From the NCBI RefSeq assembly GCF_001194135.2, contig NC_069000.1:1028773-1092772 (forward strand): 64,000 nt of DNA, written 5' to 3'. The notes under the pieces were generated by a model. The model did no database searches. It was not told the DNA's origin and saw only the letters and a list, made by a program, of their open reading frames with translations. This DNA comes from Octopus bimaculoides. Lineage: Eukaryota. Both the position numbers and the translations under genes were made by a program. Numbering within the stretch: position 1 is the first letter of the stretch; the number at the start of each line of letters is the position of its first letter. Shown one piece after another: positions 37,251 through 50,900 of this stretch.

Positions 37251-37459
37251 CTGAAACATAAAAATAATAATAATAATAATAACAGCATCAGTGGCTGAAA
37301 AAGACAGAAATAAAAACGAAAACAGTAAACAATATTACTTAACAGCACAAGGAATCTTTGGAAAATTCTCAAGATTTGAACAGAACAAACCATCTTAGTT
37401 GACAGGAAGTGAACAGCTGTAGAGCAATGGCACCTCCAGAAACCAGCTGAGTATACCAG

Positions 37460-38050
37460 AGGTTATAGTTTCCAATTTTGGTACAAGACCAGCAATTTTG
37501 AAAGGACGGGGGTTAGTCAATTACATCGACCCCAGAGTTTTACTCGTCCTTATTTTGTCAATCCTGAAAGGATGAAAGGCAAAGTTGACCTTGGTGGAAT
37601 TTGAACTCAAAATGTAAAGGACCAGAAGAAATGCTGTCAAGCATTTTGTCCCACGCACCGATTCTGCCAGCTCGCTGCCTTCCTTTAATAATCCTTTCTA
37701 TAGGCAAGAAAGCCTTAAATTTTTTGGGGAGGGGGAGTCAATTGCACTGACCCCAGGGCTCAACTGATATGTGTTTTATCAAAACCATTCTGCCAGTCCA
37801 ATGCATTCCTTTACTAATAATAATGGTTTCAGATTTTGGTACAAGACTTGCAAATTTGGCAGGAAGTGGTGGTGGTGGGGACTAGTCCATGACATTGATA
37901 CCAGTGCTCAACTGGTACTTATTTTACTGACTCTGAAAGAATGAAAGGCAAAGTCAACCTCAACGGAATTTGAACTCAGAATGTAAAAACGATGAAATGC
38001 CACATTTTGCCCAGCATGTTAATGGTTCTGCTAGCTTGCTACCTTCTTTT
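37460..38050 (-). mobile_element. Three tandem family-1 SINE copies in intron 1 of paralog D
   Basis: Repeated tttggtacaagac...gaaaggcaaagt(t/c)(g/a)acct...ggaatttgaactc...ttctgc(c/t)agct at about 37460, 37690 and 37820. Confidence 0.8.
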
Positions 38051-38810
38051 AATGATAATTCCTTTTATTTGCCAGAGGGGTATCAACTAAGGAGACATTA
38101 CAAACACAGTTTACAATTTGTGTGGTAGGATTTAAAGGAAGGAAAAAGGGAGATGAAATAAAAAGGATACATTGTGCACAAAATAAACTCTTTTTTAAAA
38201 ATACAGCTGTTAGTTTTCTTAACAAAAAGTTAATTTATAAATACTTGATAGGATCTTTGTGCAGACAGCAGCAGGAGCAAGTAGGAACTGCTTTTCTTAA
38301 GGCATCAAAACCAGGAAATGAGAGAATTAGCAGAGGACTTAAGAGAAATGACAAGGGAATCAAGAAGGAAATGGTTCTCAGTTGCTAAAGAAGAGAGAAA
38401 GACGGTGGGGATGTTATGACAGTTGAAAGAGCCAATTGGGTGAGATACTTGGCCACAACGGCTATACTTCACTGCTGAGGAAAAGCCAAATTTAGTAAGA
38501 TTTGAAATCCAAATTGATGAAGCTCTGAACTAAAGAACATTAAAAAAATTCCGTCCAAAACCATCATCTTCATATTCCCACATATTTTGTTTTTTTTATG
38601 ATAAAATGAACCCCCCCCCCCCTCCGTGCCTCATGTCAAAATATTTTCTTTTGTTAATGTTTCATTCATGTCCTGGAAAATGAATTCATGTGTTCAAATT
38701 CCACTACAGTTATAACACTGTACCAAACACTAATTGACAACCAACCGTTCATTATAGTTGGTTAGTCAGTATAAAGTGGAGACCCAAACAACCACAAAAG
38801 GACTATTTAA

Positions 38811-39023
38811 CCCTTTACTATTCGAACCAGCCATATCTGGCCCAAACATTCTGTGTTTTGTTCAAACTGACCACACCTGGCTTCTCACCCAACATTATTA
38901 TTCCAAAAGTAAACAATCACATCATTGAAATCTCACAGCTATGAGATAAAACCATGACTAATTCAAAACAATATGAATAAATAAGGATTGTGTGTTTCAC
39001 AGAGTAATCTGAGTGTTAAAGGG
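38811..39023. mobile_element. piggyBac-like MITE (TTAA-CCCTT...AAAGGG) in intron 1 of paralog D
   Basis: Left TTAA|CCCTTTACTATT, right GTGTTAAAGGG. Related CCCTT/CCTTT-ended fragments at about 28860-29000, 36740-36841, 44430-44540 and 50730-50830. Confidence 0.6.
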
Positions 39024-40589
39024 TGAGATGTTGAGCCAACTTGAAAGAATCTCCATCGTGTTGCAACATCAGAACCAATTTTCACCTTAATTTAATAAAA
39101 CTTGCAGAAAGGACAACGACCAGGGTCAAGCCTGGTCAAGCATTCCATGACCAGACAATATGTTCAGGAAAACTACATTGTTCAATGAGTTCTTCATATT
39201 TTAAGATGGTAAAATATGGTTTGAAAGTGAATTGTGCTGCTATATCTAGCAGGCAGAGTAACCATGTAGAACAATTTGGAAGGAATTTGTTGAGTTGGCT
39301 GCAAAATTGGCACCGAAACCATATTTTGAGCCGAGTAATTCATATCTATCCATCCATCCATTCATTTCTTCCACCCACTTTTCCTGAGAGAATCATTGGA
39401 GGTAAGGCGGGGGGGGGGGGTCCTCAGACACCACCTCCATAGGCTCTTACCAGAAGCAATCATTATGCTTATTGGCTGGATTCCCAGCTTGACCAACTGA
39501 GTCTTGCTCTAGCCCTTGGTCTCCTGCCAGTTGGCTCAGCTTGAAGAATCCATTTTTTCCTGCAGTAAAAATTTTTTTTAATGTATTTTACTAGTGTCAC
39601 GATCTTCCAACTCCAGAGCCACTGGGGACCAAAGCTTCATCATTCACCTCTCCAGGGTCACTAAAGTAATTACCAGTTACACAATAAGGACAATTCCAAA
39701 GACATTAATTTTTTTCTCTCTCTCTCTGCCCCACCTCATCTTCAAAAGGAATTTCACATGTTAAAAAACCCCAATTCCAGTCAGTCACCTTCTATTTGTA
39801 TGTTTACATTTGTTGCAAATATATTTGGATGTGAAGAAGAGAACTTGTGTTGATTTAAGGACAAAAATAAGAAAATTCTTCCAGAAATTTCCATTAAAAA
39901 TAGAACGGAGGAGAGGGAGTTCATCAAACACAATTATAAAAGCATTAGAGAGAGAGAAGGGGGGAGACAGAGAAAGGGGCGTGAGAAGAGGGTGTGATAA
40001 AGTTGGGTCAGAGAAGGGATGTTTGAGGTCCATTTCCCTACCAGTTAGTCACACACACACACAGACATACAGAAAGAGAAAAATTATAAGAGATGTGTGT
40101 ATTCGATGATAATGATACACACACACACACAACCTCCAACCCATTTATATATAAATAGTTTTTGCATTTCTTAAAAATTCAATCTGAAAACAAAACAAAA
40201 ATATATAAAAAAAAAAAGCTTCCNNNNNNNNNNNNNNNNNNNNNNNNNNNNNNNNNNNNNNNNNNNNNNNNNNNNNNNNNNNNNNNNNNNNNNNNNNNNN
40301 NNNNNNNNNNNNNNNNNNNNNNNNNNNNNNNNNNNNNNNNNNNNNNNNNNNNNNNNNNNNNNNNNNNNNNNNNNNNNNNNNNNNNNNNNNNNNNNNNNNN
40401 NNNNNNNNNNNNNNNNNNNNNNNNNNNNNNNNNNNNNNNNNNNNNNNNNNNNNNNNNNNNNNNNNNNNNNNNNNNNNNNNNNNNNNNNNNTGAAACTCAA
40501 TTAATTAATTAATAACATATTTAGTGAAAAGGTCATCCTCTTCGGTGTGGTTGCTGCCACTGCAATTACTTCAATTATAATTCTTTCTA

Positions 40590-40750
40590 ATTTTGGCACA
40601 AGGCCAGTGATTTTGAGGGGAGGGGAAAGTCCACTACAGCAACTCCCAGTACTCAACCGGTTTTCTCATCCTTGAAAGGACGAAGCCCAAACCTCGGCAG
40701 GAATTGAACTGAGAATGGAAAGTGCTGGAAGAAAGGCCGCAGACCATATT
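40590..40750 (-). mobile_element. Family-1 SINE
   Basis: ttttggcacaaggccag...cccagtactcaac...cctcggcaggaattgaactgagaat. Confidence 0.7.
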
Positions 40751-41127
40751 GTATATTTGGATATTTATTAGGGGCCAGGTTCTACATAAAATGCACCCAG
40801 TACACTCTGTAAAGTAGTTGGCATAAGGAAGGGCATGCCAAAAGAGACAATGGAACCTGGTATGGCACTTGGTCTTGTCAGCTTCTGTCACACTGTCCAA
40901 CCCATGCCAGCCATGGAAAATGGACATTAAATGATAACAGCACACAGATGAGCAAGTTTTTTTTCTACAGCCAAATGCTCTTTCTGTGGCCAGCCCTCAC
41001 CTGTTCCCAAGCAAGCCAAAATCAAAAACTGCCTCATCAATCCTGAGCTGAGTGGTTGGGAAAGAGTTTTAGAAGAATCTCATTTCCATAGAGAGGAGGT
41101 TGGAGCAATCAAAATGTTTTTACTTAC

Positions 41128-41233
41128 CGCAATGAATCTTTGGATTCCCAGCTAATGTTGCGATGATTACTGAGAGAATGAACATCAATGTCGCAAACAC
41201 AATGGCAAAAAGACGAAAGTAGTTTTGCTTCAT
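41128..41233 (-). CDS. Paralog D coding exon 1 (TM1): MKQNYFRLFAIVFATLMFILSVIIATLAGNPKIHC-G
   Basis: Not in the ORF track. On the minus strand: acceptor tatttttccAG (41240-41239), 5 nt of UTR (GCAAG), ATG at 41233 with A at -3, 35 mostly hydrophobic codons, then phase-1 donor G|GTAAGT. The phase matches the exon at 37250. Confidence 0.85.
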
Positions 41234-42499
41234 CTTGCCTGGAAAAATACAAGAATAAAATTATAAATATTATGGTTTACTAATAGCAAACATTCATCTA
41301 ATAAGGCTACCAATGGTCTCATGCAAAGAGATTCTTTACAGTTGTTTAAGCATCCGTCTCCAAAATGGAGACGAGTACCAACAGTCCCGTGTAGTATGCT
41401 TGAACAATTGGTAAAGAGTCTCTTTACAGGAAACCATTGGTAGCTTTGTTAATCCACAAACAAAGAATATTTATCCACCAATGCGATGTTGAGTGCTCAT
41501 TCTCACTGTTCGATATTAGAGTACACACACACACACACAAAGTACTCTGAAAAAGCATTCAGTACACTGAAGTAATTGTCATTAGGAAAAGTATCTGGCT
41601 GTACAAAAAATACAGCAAGTCCCCAGCCATCCTATGCTAGTATGGAATAAACTTGCAGATACACACACAAATAGCCAGCAATAGTCCACAGCCAAAGAGA
41701 AACAGGCTGATTCTCACAAATAAATATGTNNNNNNNNNNNNNNNNNNNNNNNNNNNNNNNNNNNNNNNNNNNNNNNNNNNNNNNNNNNNNNNNNNNNNNN
41801 NNNNNNNNNNNNNNNNNNNNNNNNNNNNNNNNNNNNNNNNNNNNNNNNNNNNNNNNNNNNNNNNNNNNNNNNNNNNNNNNNNNNNNNNNNNNNNNNNNNN
41901 NNNNNNNNNNNNNNNNNNNNNNNNNNNNNNNNNNNNNNNNNNNNNNNNNNNNNNNNNNNNNNNNNNNNNNNNNNNNNNNNNNNNNNNNNNNNNNNNNNNN
42001 NNNNNNNNNNNNNNNNNNNNNNNNNNNNNNNNNNNNNNNNNNNNNNNNNNNNNNNNNNNNNNNNNNNNNNNNNNNNNNNNNNNNNNNNNNNNNNNNNNNN
42101 NNNNNNNNNNNNNNNNNNNNNNNNNNNNNNNNNNNNNNNNNNNNNNNNNNNNNNNNNNNNNNNNNNNNNNNNNNNNNNNNNNNNNNNNNNNNNNNNNNNN
42201 NNNNNNNNNNNNNNNNNNNNNNNNNNNNNNNGAAACTGGTCCCACAGGAGGAACCTGCTTGTGGTCAATAGAAACAGACCCACTAGAAATAGGTGCAATC
42301 CCATGGTCAGTCATGACCGAAGGGGGTCTCAGTAGAGAGAGAGAGAGAGATAGAGAGAAACAGAGAGAGTGCTATATCTCACGAGTTCATTTTGCGTCTG
42401 TTTTCTATGCTGGTATGGGTTGGTTGGCTTGATAGGATATGGCAAGCCATAGGGCTGCATGAAGCACCAGTGTCAGTTTAGGGGTGGGTGTATGCACAC

Positions 42500-42543
<44 letters not shown>

Positions 42544-42959
42544 GAATGTGTTTAAAAACCTCGTATTTGTGTGTAACATTTATGAAATTGTGAAATGAGA
42601 GCATGTAAACAAAGAAGGTGAAGCATCTGTCGGCTGAATTGGATGAAAGAGAAATGGCTGACATTCAGCTAAAATCGGTGGCAGAAGATTATTAGAAGGA
42701 TTTGGGGGAGAAAGGGAGAGTCTTTTGGGTTAACATTTTGTTACCTATTGACCACAGACAGTAAACAGCTGCCTTTAAAACTAACACACACAGACACACA
42801 GACAGACATAAACACCACACAGGGATACACTAATAACCATAACAGACTTACACCCACATACATTCTCATACACACACACACACACACACACAGACACATC
42901 TAGCACCATAGTAACATACATACACACGAAAGCTAAGGAGGAAGGATGTGATGAGGGTG

Positions 42960-43150
42960 GGGATTCAATGCAGATACTCGACCTGCCAAAAATAGCAGCC
43001 AAGTCTTCCTTGAATTACATTCCACAGTAGTTTCAAAAAAAGGGTGACATTGGATTATGCAGTCCTAGATATACTGTGTCTGAATAAAAGACAGGAAGGT
43101 CACAGTTGGAGTGTCTTACCATAGGTTTCCTTGATCAGGTTTGGCCTGGA
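42960..43150 (+). repeat. Interspersed repeat family 5
   Basis: ctcgacctgc.aaaaatagcagccaa...cattggattatgcagtcctagat...gtcacagttgga...gatcaggtttggcctgg; related pieces at about 13350, 33170-33480, 35160, 35810, 39100-39290, 44300, 61920 and 63150. Confidence 0.6.
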
Positions 43151-43383
43151 AGTAGACAACGGATGCACCACCAACATGCATGCGTATATAAGTGGAGACA
43201 TACATTATGTAGAGAAGGTCTGTTGAAAAAAGGTCCGACATGGAGTTTAGTGGAGACTGCTTTGACAGATACACACATGCAGACATAAAGCATAAACACA
43301 CACACACAACATACAAAATGTGAAATGACACACACACACACACACACTGTAAGCAGGCACAGCCTAAACCCAATTACAATTTG

Positions 43384-43418
<35 letters not shown>

Positions 43419-43958
43419 CATACACACAATTTCACACACACTAACACAAATTACAGTGACCCCCTCCTCCCCTAAAGGAAGGACAGTCATTACCTAGGTG
43501 GGGAGGGGTGAGGAGGGATGTTGTCAGCGGGGAGGGTGTGGGGGGTATTCTACTCAACTGCANNNNNNNNNNNNNNNNNNNNNNNNNNNNNNNNNNNNNN
43601 NNNNNNNNNNNNNNNNNNNNNNNNNNNNNNNNNNNNNNNNNNNNNNNNNNNNNNNNNNNNNNNNNNNNNNNNNNNNNNNNNNNNNNNNNNNNNNNNNNNN
43701 NNNNNNNNNNNNNNNNNNNNNNNNNNNNNNNNNNNNNNNNNNNNNNNNNNNNNNNNNNNNNNNNNNNNNNNNNNNNNNNNNNNNNNNNNNNNNNNNNNNN
43801 NNNNNNNNNNNNNNNNNNNNNNNNNNNNNNNNNNNNNNNNNNNNNNNNNAAGTAAGCAGAGATGTAATATATGGGATGGAGAAAGACAGCGAGGAACGTG
43901 GGGGTGGGCGGGTTTTGAGAGTATGGGTTTATTACACACACACACATATATATCAGTT

Positions 43959-43993
<35 letters not shown>

Positions 43994-44959
43994 GCAGAGT
44001 AAAATAAAAGAAAAACTGCTAAAAATAGAATTAAATTAGGCAGATATTTGGTGGTGAGTGGCATGGATGAGGAGGGGGGAAGAAGAAATAATAAATCTTG
44101 TTTTTATATCATCGTTATTGGGGACGGTGGAGAGGGGGGATGTCTTATTGAACAATGATAGGGATGTCGATGATGATGATGATGATGATGATGATGTTGA
44201 CCGACATACATAGACTTGGAAAATAAATGCCCCAGGGTAGAAGATGTTAATTGGACCAGGGTATCAAGCTGAAAGGATTTTGAGTTCAAAACTAGTTGAG
44301 GAATTCCCAGTGCAACATTTGGGCAGTGAATTCAAAATGCCTATCATCACTGTCGTTATTTAACCCTAGGTTAAACCCAGCCAAGCAAAAGCCTTCCAGT
44401 CATGACAACCCTGTTTGAATGCATGCTTCTTTCTTTAAATCCTTTTGTTACCATATTTATGGTTGAAATACTCTGCCATTCTTTCAACTAATTTTGAAAA
44501 TAACGAAGAATTTAGTAAAATAATTATCATTTTAAGATAATTAGGCAGAATCATTAACATGTCAGACAAAATGCTGTGGCATTTCTTCCTGTTTTACGTT
44601 CAAGAATTCAAGTCCCGAATTTGCGTTTCATCCTTCTCTTTTAGAGTCAAAGTTAGCACCAGTTGAACACTGAGACTGACGTATTCCACTAGGGGGGGGG
44701 GAGTTTGGTGTCTCTTGCTTAAGCTGAGGATTCTGATAGAATGCACCGTTTAAATCAACTACATCCCTCTGATAAATAATTTAAAAAATAGAAAATTGGC
44801 AGAGCTTAAAAGAAATCAATATTTAAACAAAAAAAGTTAATTCAAAAAGATTTATAGCAAAAATCGAAAATCCAGGAATAATTTATAATGAGATAAAAAC
44901 AATGAAAATCAAAATTAAAGTATTTTCTTAATCCTCTCATGCTTTCTTCCAATAATAAA

Positions 44960-45018
<59 letters not shown>

Positions 45019-47949
45019 TACACATCAACCCATCCTTGTAGCACCTCATCTAGCAAAAAGTGTTATATATGCAGGGCATTTAATCCTGATGTCCACCTAT
45101 CAACTTTGCTGGCTTATTTTTAATTAATGCAAATGAACTGGATTAAATGTTGAACAGGAGATAAAGTTATTAGTAATCTGCTCTTCCCAAACGGATTTAA
45201 ATCTTTGTTTGTTTAAATTTTTAGTCAGACGAAAAGGAGAACAGGACATGCCCTGTTTCTAAGCATTCCTACATGAAGTAATGAAGAAGAAGGAATTTGG
45301 TAAAAAAAATTTATTATTGGTAGATTGGTACCAAAAGGGTGAAAGATGGAAAATCTTTGAATAGTTCCACCTGTCCTCACTTACATTTGATTTGATCTCT
45401 GATCATTAACAGGTGACTTATTCCTGGACATGTACATTGTGTCAGGCTGAATTTGAACTAGAAACCTTTATTTCTAAACTAGAGGGAATACCATTCTTAT
45501 TCTCAAGGCCACTAATGAATATATGCACACATCTATATATCTAATTATATCTGTAACAAATCGAGGAATAAAAAAACCCGAAGGTGAAAATGAAAGTGAT
45601 GAGCTGTCATCATCAGCCACACTGGCAACAGGTGGATGTGCTGGTGTGGGCTGGGTGTAAATATTAGAAAAAGTGTCATCTCTACAAATATGGTTAATGA
45701 TTTGAAAAATTACAATCATATTACCAACAATTCATCTCATTTAGACAGGATTTGAGAGATTTCCAAGTAAAATTACAGAATTAGAAAAATGGCGAAGGCC
45801 ACAGTTATTTGAAGAGAAGCTTTGCTGCTGAACAGAAGATTCTTAGAAATGTCTTGCACGTTTAGAATCCCATTCAGCTTTCTAAGGCAACTTGAATGCT
45901 TCTTATAATAGCATGCCTTTTAAATATCTTAACGATATCTTTTTAGTTTACCTGTGTCAGTCAGGTATTGAATTTGTTAACGTACCATGGTAATAAGAAA
46001 GAGAAGGAGGGAGAGAGAGAAAGAGGGAGAAATATAGATGGTAAATGCAACAAGAAAAACCATAATGATGATGACAACAGCGACGATGGTAAATCTAGAA
46101 TCCTCTTAGAACCACAGCACTTAATAAATCCTCTAATTAGCAAAACATTCTTCAGATTTCTATAAAACATATTTCATGCAGCTTGCTGCTTTCATCTCAA
46201 ATCTCCACTTGTGTTTACCTGTTTACTACTGAACAATACCACCACCACCAGTCTACCTGCCATTCACCTGTTCTACAGAACAAGAGAAGTCTCAAACCTC
46301 ATCCTAACACTGAGAATTTCTTAATCTGCTAAAGATGAGAAGAAATAACAGGAAAGGAGGAAGAATCTGTTAAAAGCGTTGTTGCTTAACAACTCTGTAG
46401 ATGTTGCAACTGTCGTCTGTCACTAAATTACACTTTAATTGGCAGAGCAAACAGGTAGAGACATGGCCCTGTGAGTGAAGACGTCTGCTTCACTGTCAGA
46501 TGGTTTGGGGTTCAATACCAACTGTTTGACTTCTGCATAACCTTGGTGGTGATCCAAGTCCTAGGAATGAAACCTAGAAGGAAACTGTGCAGAAGCCTAG
46601 CAGATGGACTATGACTGTCCCTGCTGTTGGCTGGTCAACTTAACAAACATGGCCACCACCACAGTCTTATTCCACCAACTGGCACCTGGGTGCCTTTAAC
46701 AGAATCCAAATATTTCAAGCATTTGCACCCAGGCAGTTGAAAGTCTTACCCAGGACATTCTGACTCAGTCATGAAATAAAGAAAAAAAGGGGGGGGGTCT
46801 CACTGCACATGCTGAAGGGACTGAATCAGATGTAATGTACATATTTTTAAAGATTTGACTGAATTGCAGGAAAACAGAGCTAATTTATCAACAGGAAGAG
46901 ATTCTGATAACCTACATATAGACAGAGATACAAGTAGAAAACCTCCACTTCTACTACTACAAACCAAAGAGGGAGTCGTTTATATGATTGATCAAACTGC
47001 TAAGAATAGCAGTGAAATGTCTTTCAAACGGTATACCCTATTGCCTTTAAAAACAAAAGAAATGACAGACACACTGGCAAATGTAGTGTCAGATACAAGA
47101 TGGAATGGACTTGGTCTGAAATACCAGTGACCATGGCTTTAGTCAATCGAAGACTGGTCTTGGGTTAAACAATAAAACAACAACTATTATCAGCAGAGTT
47201 TAATCTCTTGCTAAGAGAGGTCAACTGAAGCAAACAAGCCGTGACCCGGATATCTTTGAAATGTTTAAGCAGCTTCAAGATAGCCAGGTGAGTGAATGAC
47301 TGCACTTTACTAAAATGAAGCTCCCCACCACCACCACCACCACCACCACCACCAGACTACTTTTAACAGCTGAACCTGGGAAGATGTTTCAATAAATATC
47401 ACTGACGTCTTATCTATAAAGTGTAGAGTTGCAGAGACAAATACTTCCTTTGTGTGTGTGTGTTTGAGAGAGTGTGTNNNNNNNNNNNNNNNNNNNNNNN
47501 NNNNNNNNNNNNNNNNNNNNNNNNNNNNNNNNNNNNNNNNNNNNNNNNNNNNNNNNNNNNNNNNNNNNNNNNNNNNNNNNNNNNNNNNNNNNNNNNNNNN
47601 NNNNNNNNNNNNNNNNNNNNNNNNNNNNNNNNNNNNNNNNNNNNNNNNNNNNNNNNNNNNNNNNNNNNNNNNNNNNNNNNNNNNNNNNNNNNNNNNNNNN
47701 NNNNNNNNNNNNNNNNNNNNNNNNNNNNNNNNNNNNNNNNNNNNNNNNNNNNNNNNNNNNCAAGACGTCCCAGACAACCAACACACACACACACACACAC
47801 ACACGTTTCTTTCAGTTTCATTATACCAATTCCACTCAGAACTTTGGTTGGCCTTGGGCTATTATGGAAGACAATTGCCCAAAGGTTCCACACAGCAGGA
47901 TCGAACCCAAAACCATATGGTTGGAAAGCAAACTTCTTAACTACACAGG

Positions 47950-47980
<31 letters not shown>

Positions 47981-50900
47981 GGTACAGGTAAAGCTGTGTG
48001 ACAAGAAGTTTCCTTCTCAACCACATGGTCCTGTGTAGCACCTTGGTTAAGTGCCTTCTATCAGCCTTGGGTTAATCAATACCTTGTGAGCAGATTTGGA
48101 AGACGGAAACTGAAAGAAGCCTGTTATGTGTGTGTGTGTGTCCCACTACAGGTTGACAAAGGTATTGGTTTGTTTACATCCCCATAACTTAGCGGTTCAG
48201 CAGAAGAGAATGACAGGATAAGTACAAGGCTTAAAAAAAGTACTGAGGTAGATTCATTTGACTAAAAGATTCTTCAGGGTGGTGCCCCAGCATGGCCACT
48301 GACTAAAGACTGAAGTAGACATTAAAACTAATGATGGTGATGGTGATGATGATGATATTTAGCCCCAATTGAATATTCTGCAGGACAGTGAACTTTTAAA
48401 TTCTCATCATGGCAATTATCGTTATCATTGTTGCTATTTATTTATTAATCAATAAATTACGATATATTCCATAATGCATATTCATGCAGCGTATCTCAAG
48501 CAAATCAGTTTAACAGGCACCATTCTTCTACAAGAGAAACGGTCAATAGTTTATGGATCTCATAAATTCCTAATTCTGAAATATTGATTATGGCCATCGA
48601 ACCTATGAAAGAATCAATTGTTTATGGTGGTGGTTGTTGTTTGGCCCTAGGACAGCCTTGGTTGATCAGACCTATCATGATAAACCTTCCAACCATGAAC
48701 ATCCCATCTATTTTAAACAGTCTAAGAACCGGTTATTCAGTGTCCAACCACATTTTAATTTTCAAAAAGATCTGCCACCTATTTCTTGCTGCACAATTCC
48801 CTAGCAAACCTTTTACTGTTTTGTTCCTACATTTCTATTGAAACGGTGTGTGGCCCAGTGGTTAGGGTATTGCACTCATGACTGCTAGTTCATGGGTTCA
48901 ATTCCTGAACAGGGTGGGGTATTCATTTCAAGTTCTTTCAGTCCACTCAGCCGCAAATGGATAACAGCTTTGCAACAAACTGGACTTCTGATCAGGGCGA
49001 ACATTTTGACCTACTCANNNNNNNNNNNNNNNNNNNNNNNNNNNNNNNNNNNNNNNNNNNNNNNNNNNNNNNNNNNNNNNNNNNNNNNNNNNNNNNNNNN
49101 NNNNNNNNNNNNNNNNGGGGGGGCATCATTCAAAAGCTAAAACCTCATGAAGCTCACTGTGACCATGCTGGCCTGGCTTGGACGGTTTGGCAAGAGCTGG
49201 CAAGCTCAAATGGCTTTTACAGCTGGATGCCTTTCCCCAATGCTCACCATTTCACAAAGTGTACTGGGTGCCTTTCACATCCCATCAACACCAGTGAAGC
49301 TGCCAAATAACTTGGAAGACAGGAAAAGAAAAAGCCCCACCTTGTTTCAAATTTCTGCATAATCTCCATCTACCAAATTCCACTCACACAGTGATAGGTG
49401 TACTGAAGTCTAAAGCAGCAGACATTTGCCCAAGGTGTCAACCATACCAGTTGGTGCGTGCATAAACACATACATATATCCATATAGCCACACATGCCAT
49501 CATATAACAACAAAAATAAACATACACACCTTCACACTCAACCACAGAAGACTGACAACAGACCTCAATGACATGATATTCAGGTCACAAAATATTTTAA
49601 ATAACCACAGAAAACAGAACCACTCATACTCTAACACACATACAAACAAAAGACAAAACAAAACCCATCTCCCCTGCCTCTTTTTAAACTCTTTAAATAC
49701 CATAACAAGCTTTTGGTTCATTTAATATATTCACTGAAAACAACCCATCATTGCAATAAAAATCAAGATACAAGAAAAAAATGTCTTCCTTTACTCTCTG
49801 CCACCACCTCATCACATGATGGCACTAATTTCACTAGAATTAGACTTTGCTACCCAAATACTCAACCGAACACCTGCTGTGGATCTAAACACGAAAACTA
49901 TCAGCTGGAAATAAAATTTATTAATCCATTTAGCCATTTCTTTACTGAACCAAATGTAGGTCAGTTGAGTTTGTAGAAACAGGGGGGCACGAGATTAAAT
50001 ACAGTTAATTTAGGAGGCCATCACAATTAAGATAGGAAAATAATTTAAATATCTTAATACTAGAAAGCTTTAGCTGAAATAACGAACTGCATAAAAATGT
50101 AAACATTCCTTCTGTATTTTTGATTCGTGGGAGAAAAAATGAGGTGGGGCAATTCTCTGGATAGACTTTTCACAATATGCTTATTTCTCCTCACTGAAGA
50201 TGTATCTACCACCAGTTAACAGCATTCAGCTAATATATAAAGCAGTCAGCAATGAAGCTGTTACTGTAGTGGATATCTTAATTTGCATATTCATGCTTTA
50301 GAAAGCTTGCTGTTAACTAATATATATTTCATGTAGAACACAGTGTAAATGTGAAATATTGAAATCAACTTATTTCAAAGCCTTGCTATGATAATGAGCC
50401 ATATCTCACTAATCTAATTAATAATTCTTACAAGGAAGAAAAAAATCAGTAAAATGAATATTCTAATCTAATTTTGGCACATAAGGGCAACAACTCTGAA
50501 CATTTCAGCCTTATTATACCTCTTCAGTGGAATAGACTTCTCTACTTGTCAGATTCACGAGAGAGAATTATTTAGATGCATGATAACATATGCAGGCCTC
50601 AAAAATTATCAGACACTCCATTCACACAAAAAGTCAAAGCCATTACACATAATGTAGTGGGGGGGGGGAGGTCTAATTAATAATCTTATGTGTGGCGGGG
50701 GGAGAAGGAAACATTGCTCAGTGACTAATACTTTAATTCTTTTGATACCAACCCATGTCTACGATACAAATTTCCTGTCATAAAGTCATGTAAATTAAAA
50801 CCCATCAAAATTTCATTCTAATTTGAGTTAGTTTAACCATCAACTCAATAATCAATTCTGCTAAGCAGAGACCAATTTGTTCAATATATTTCAACCAGAT

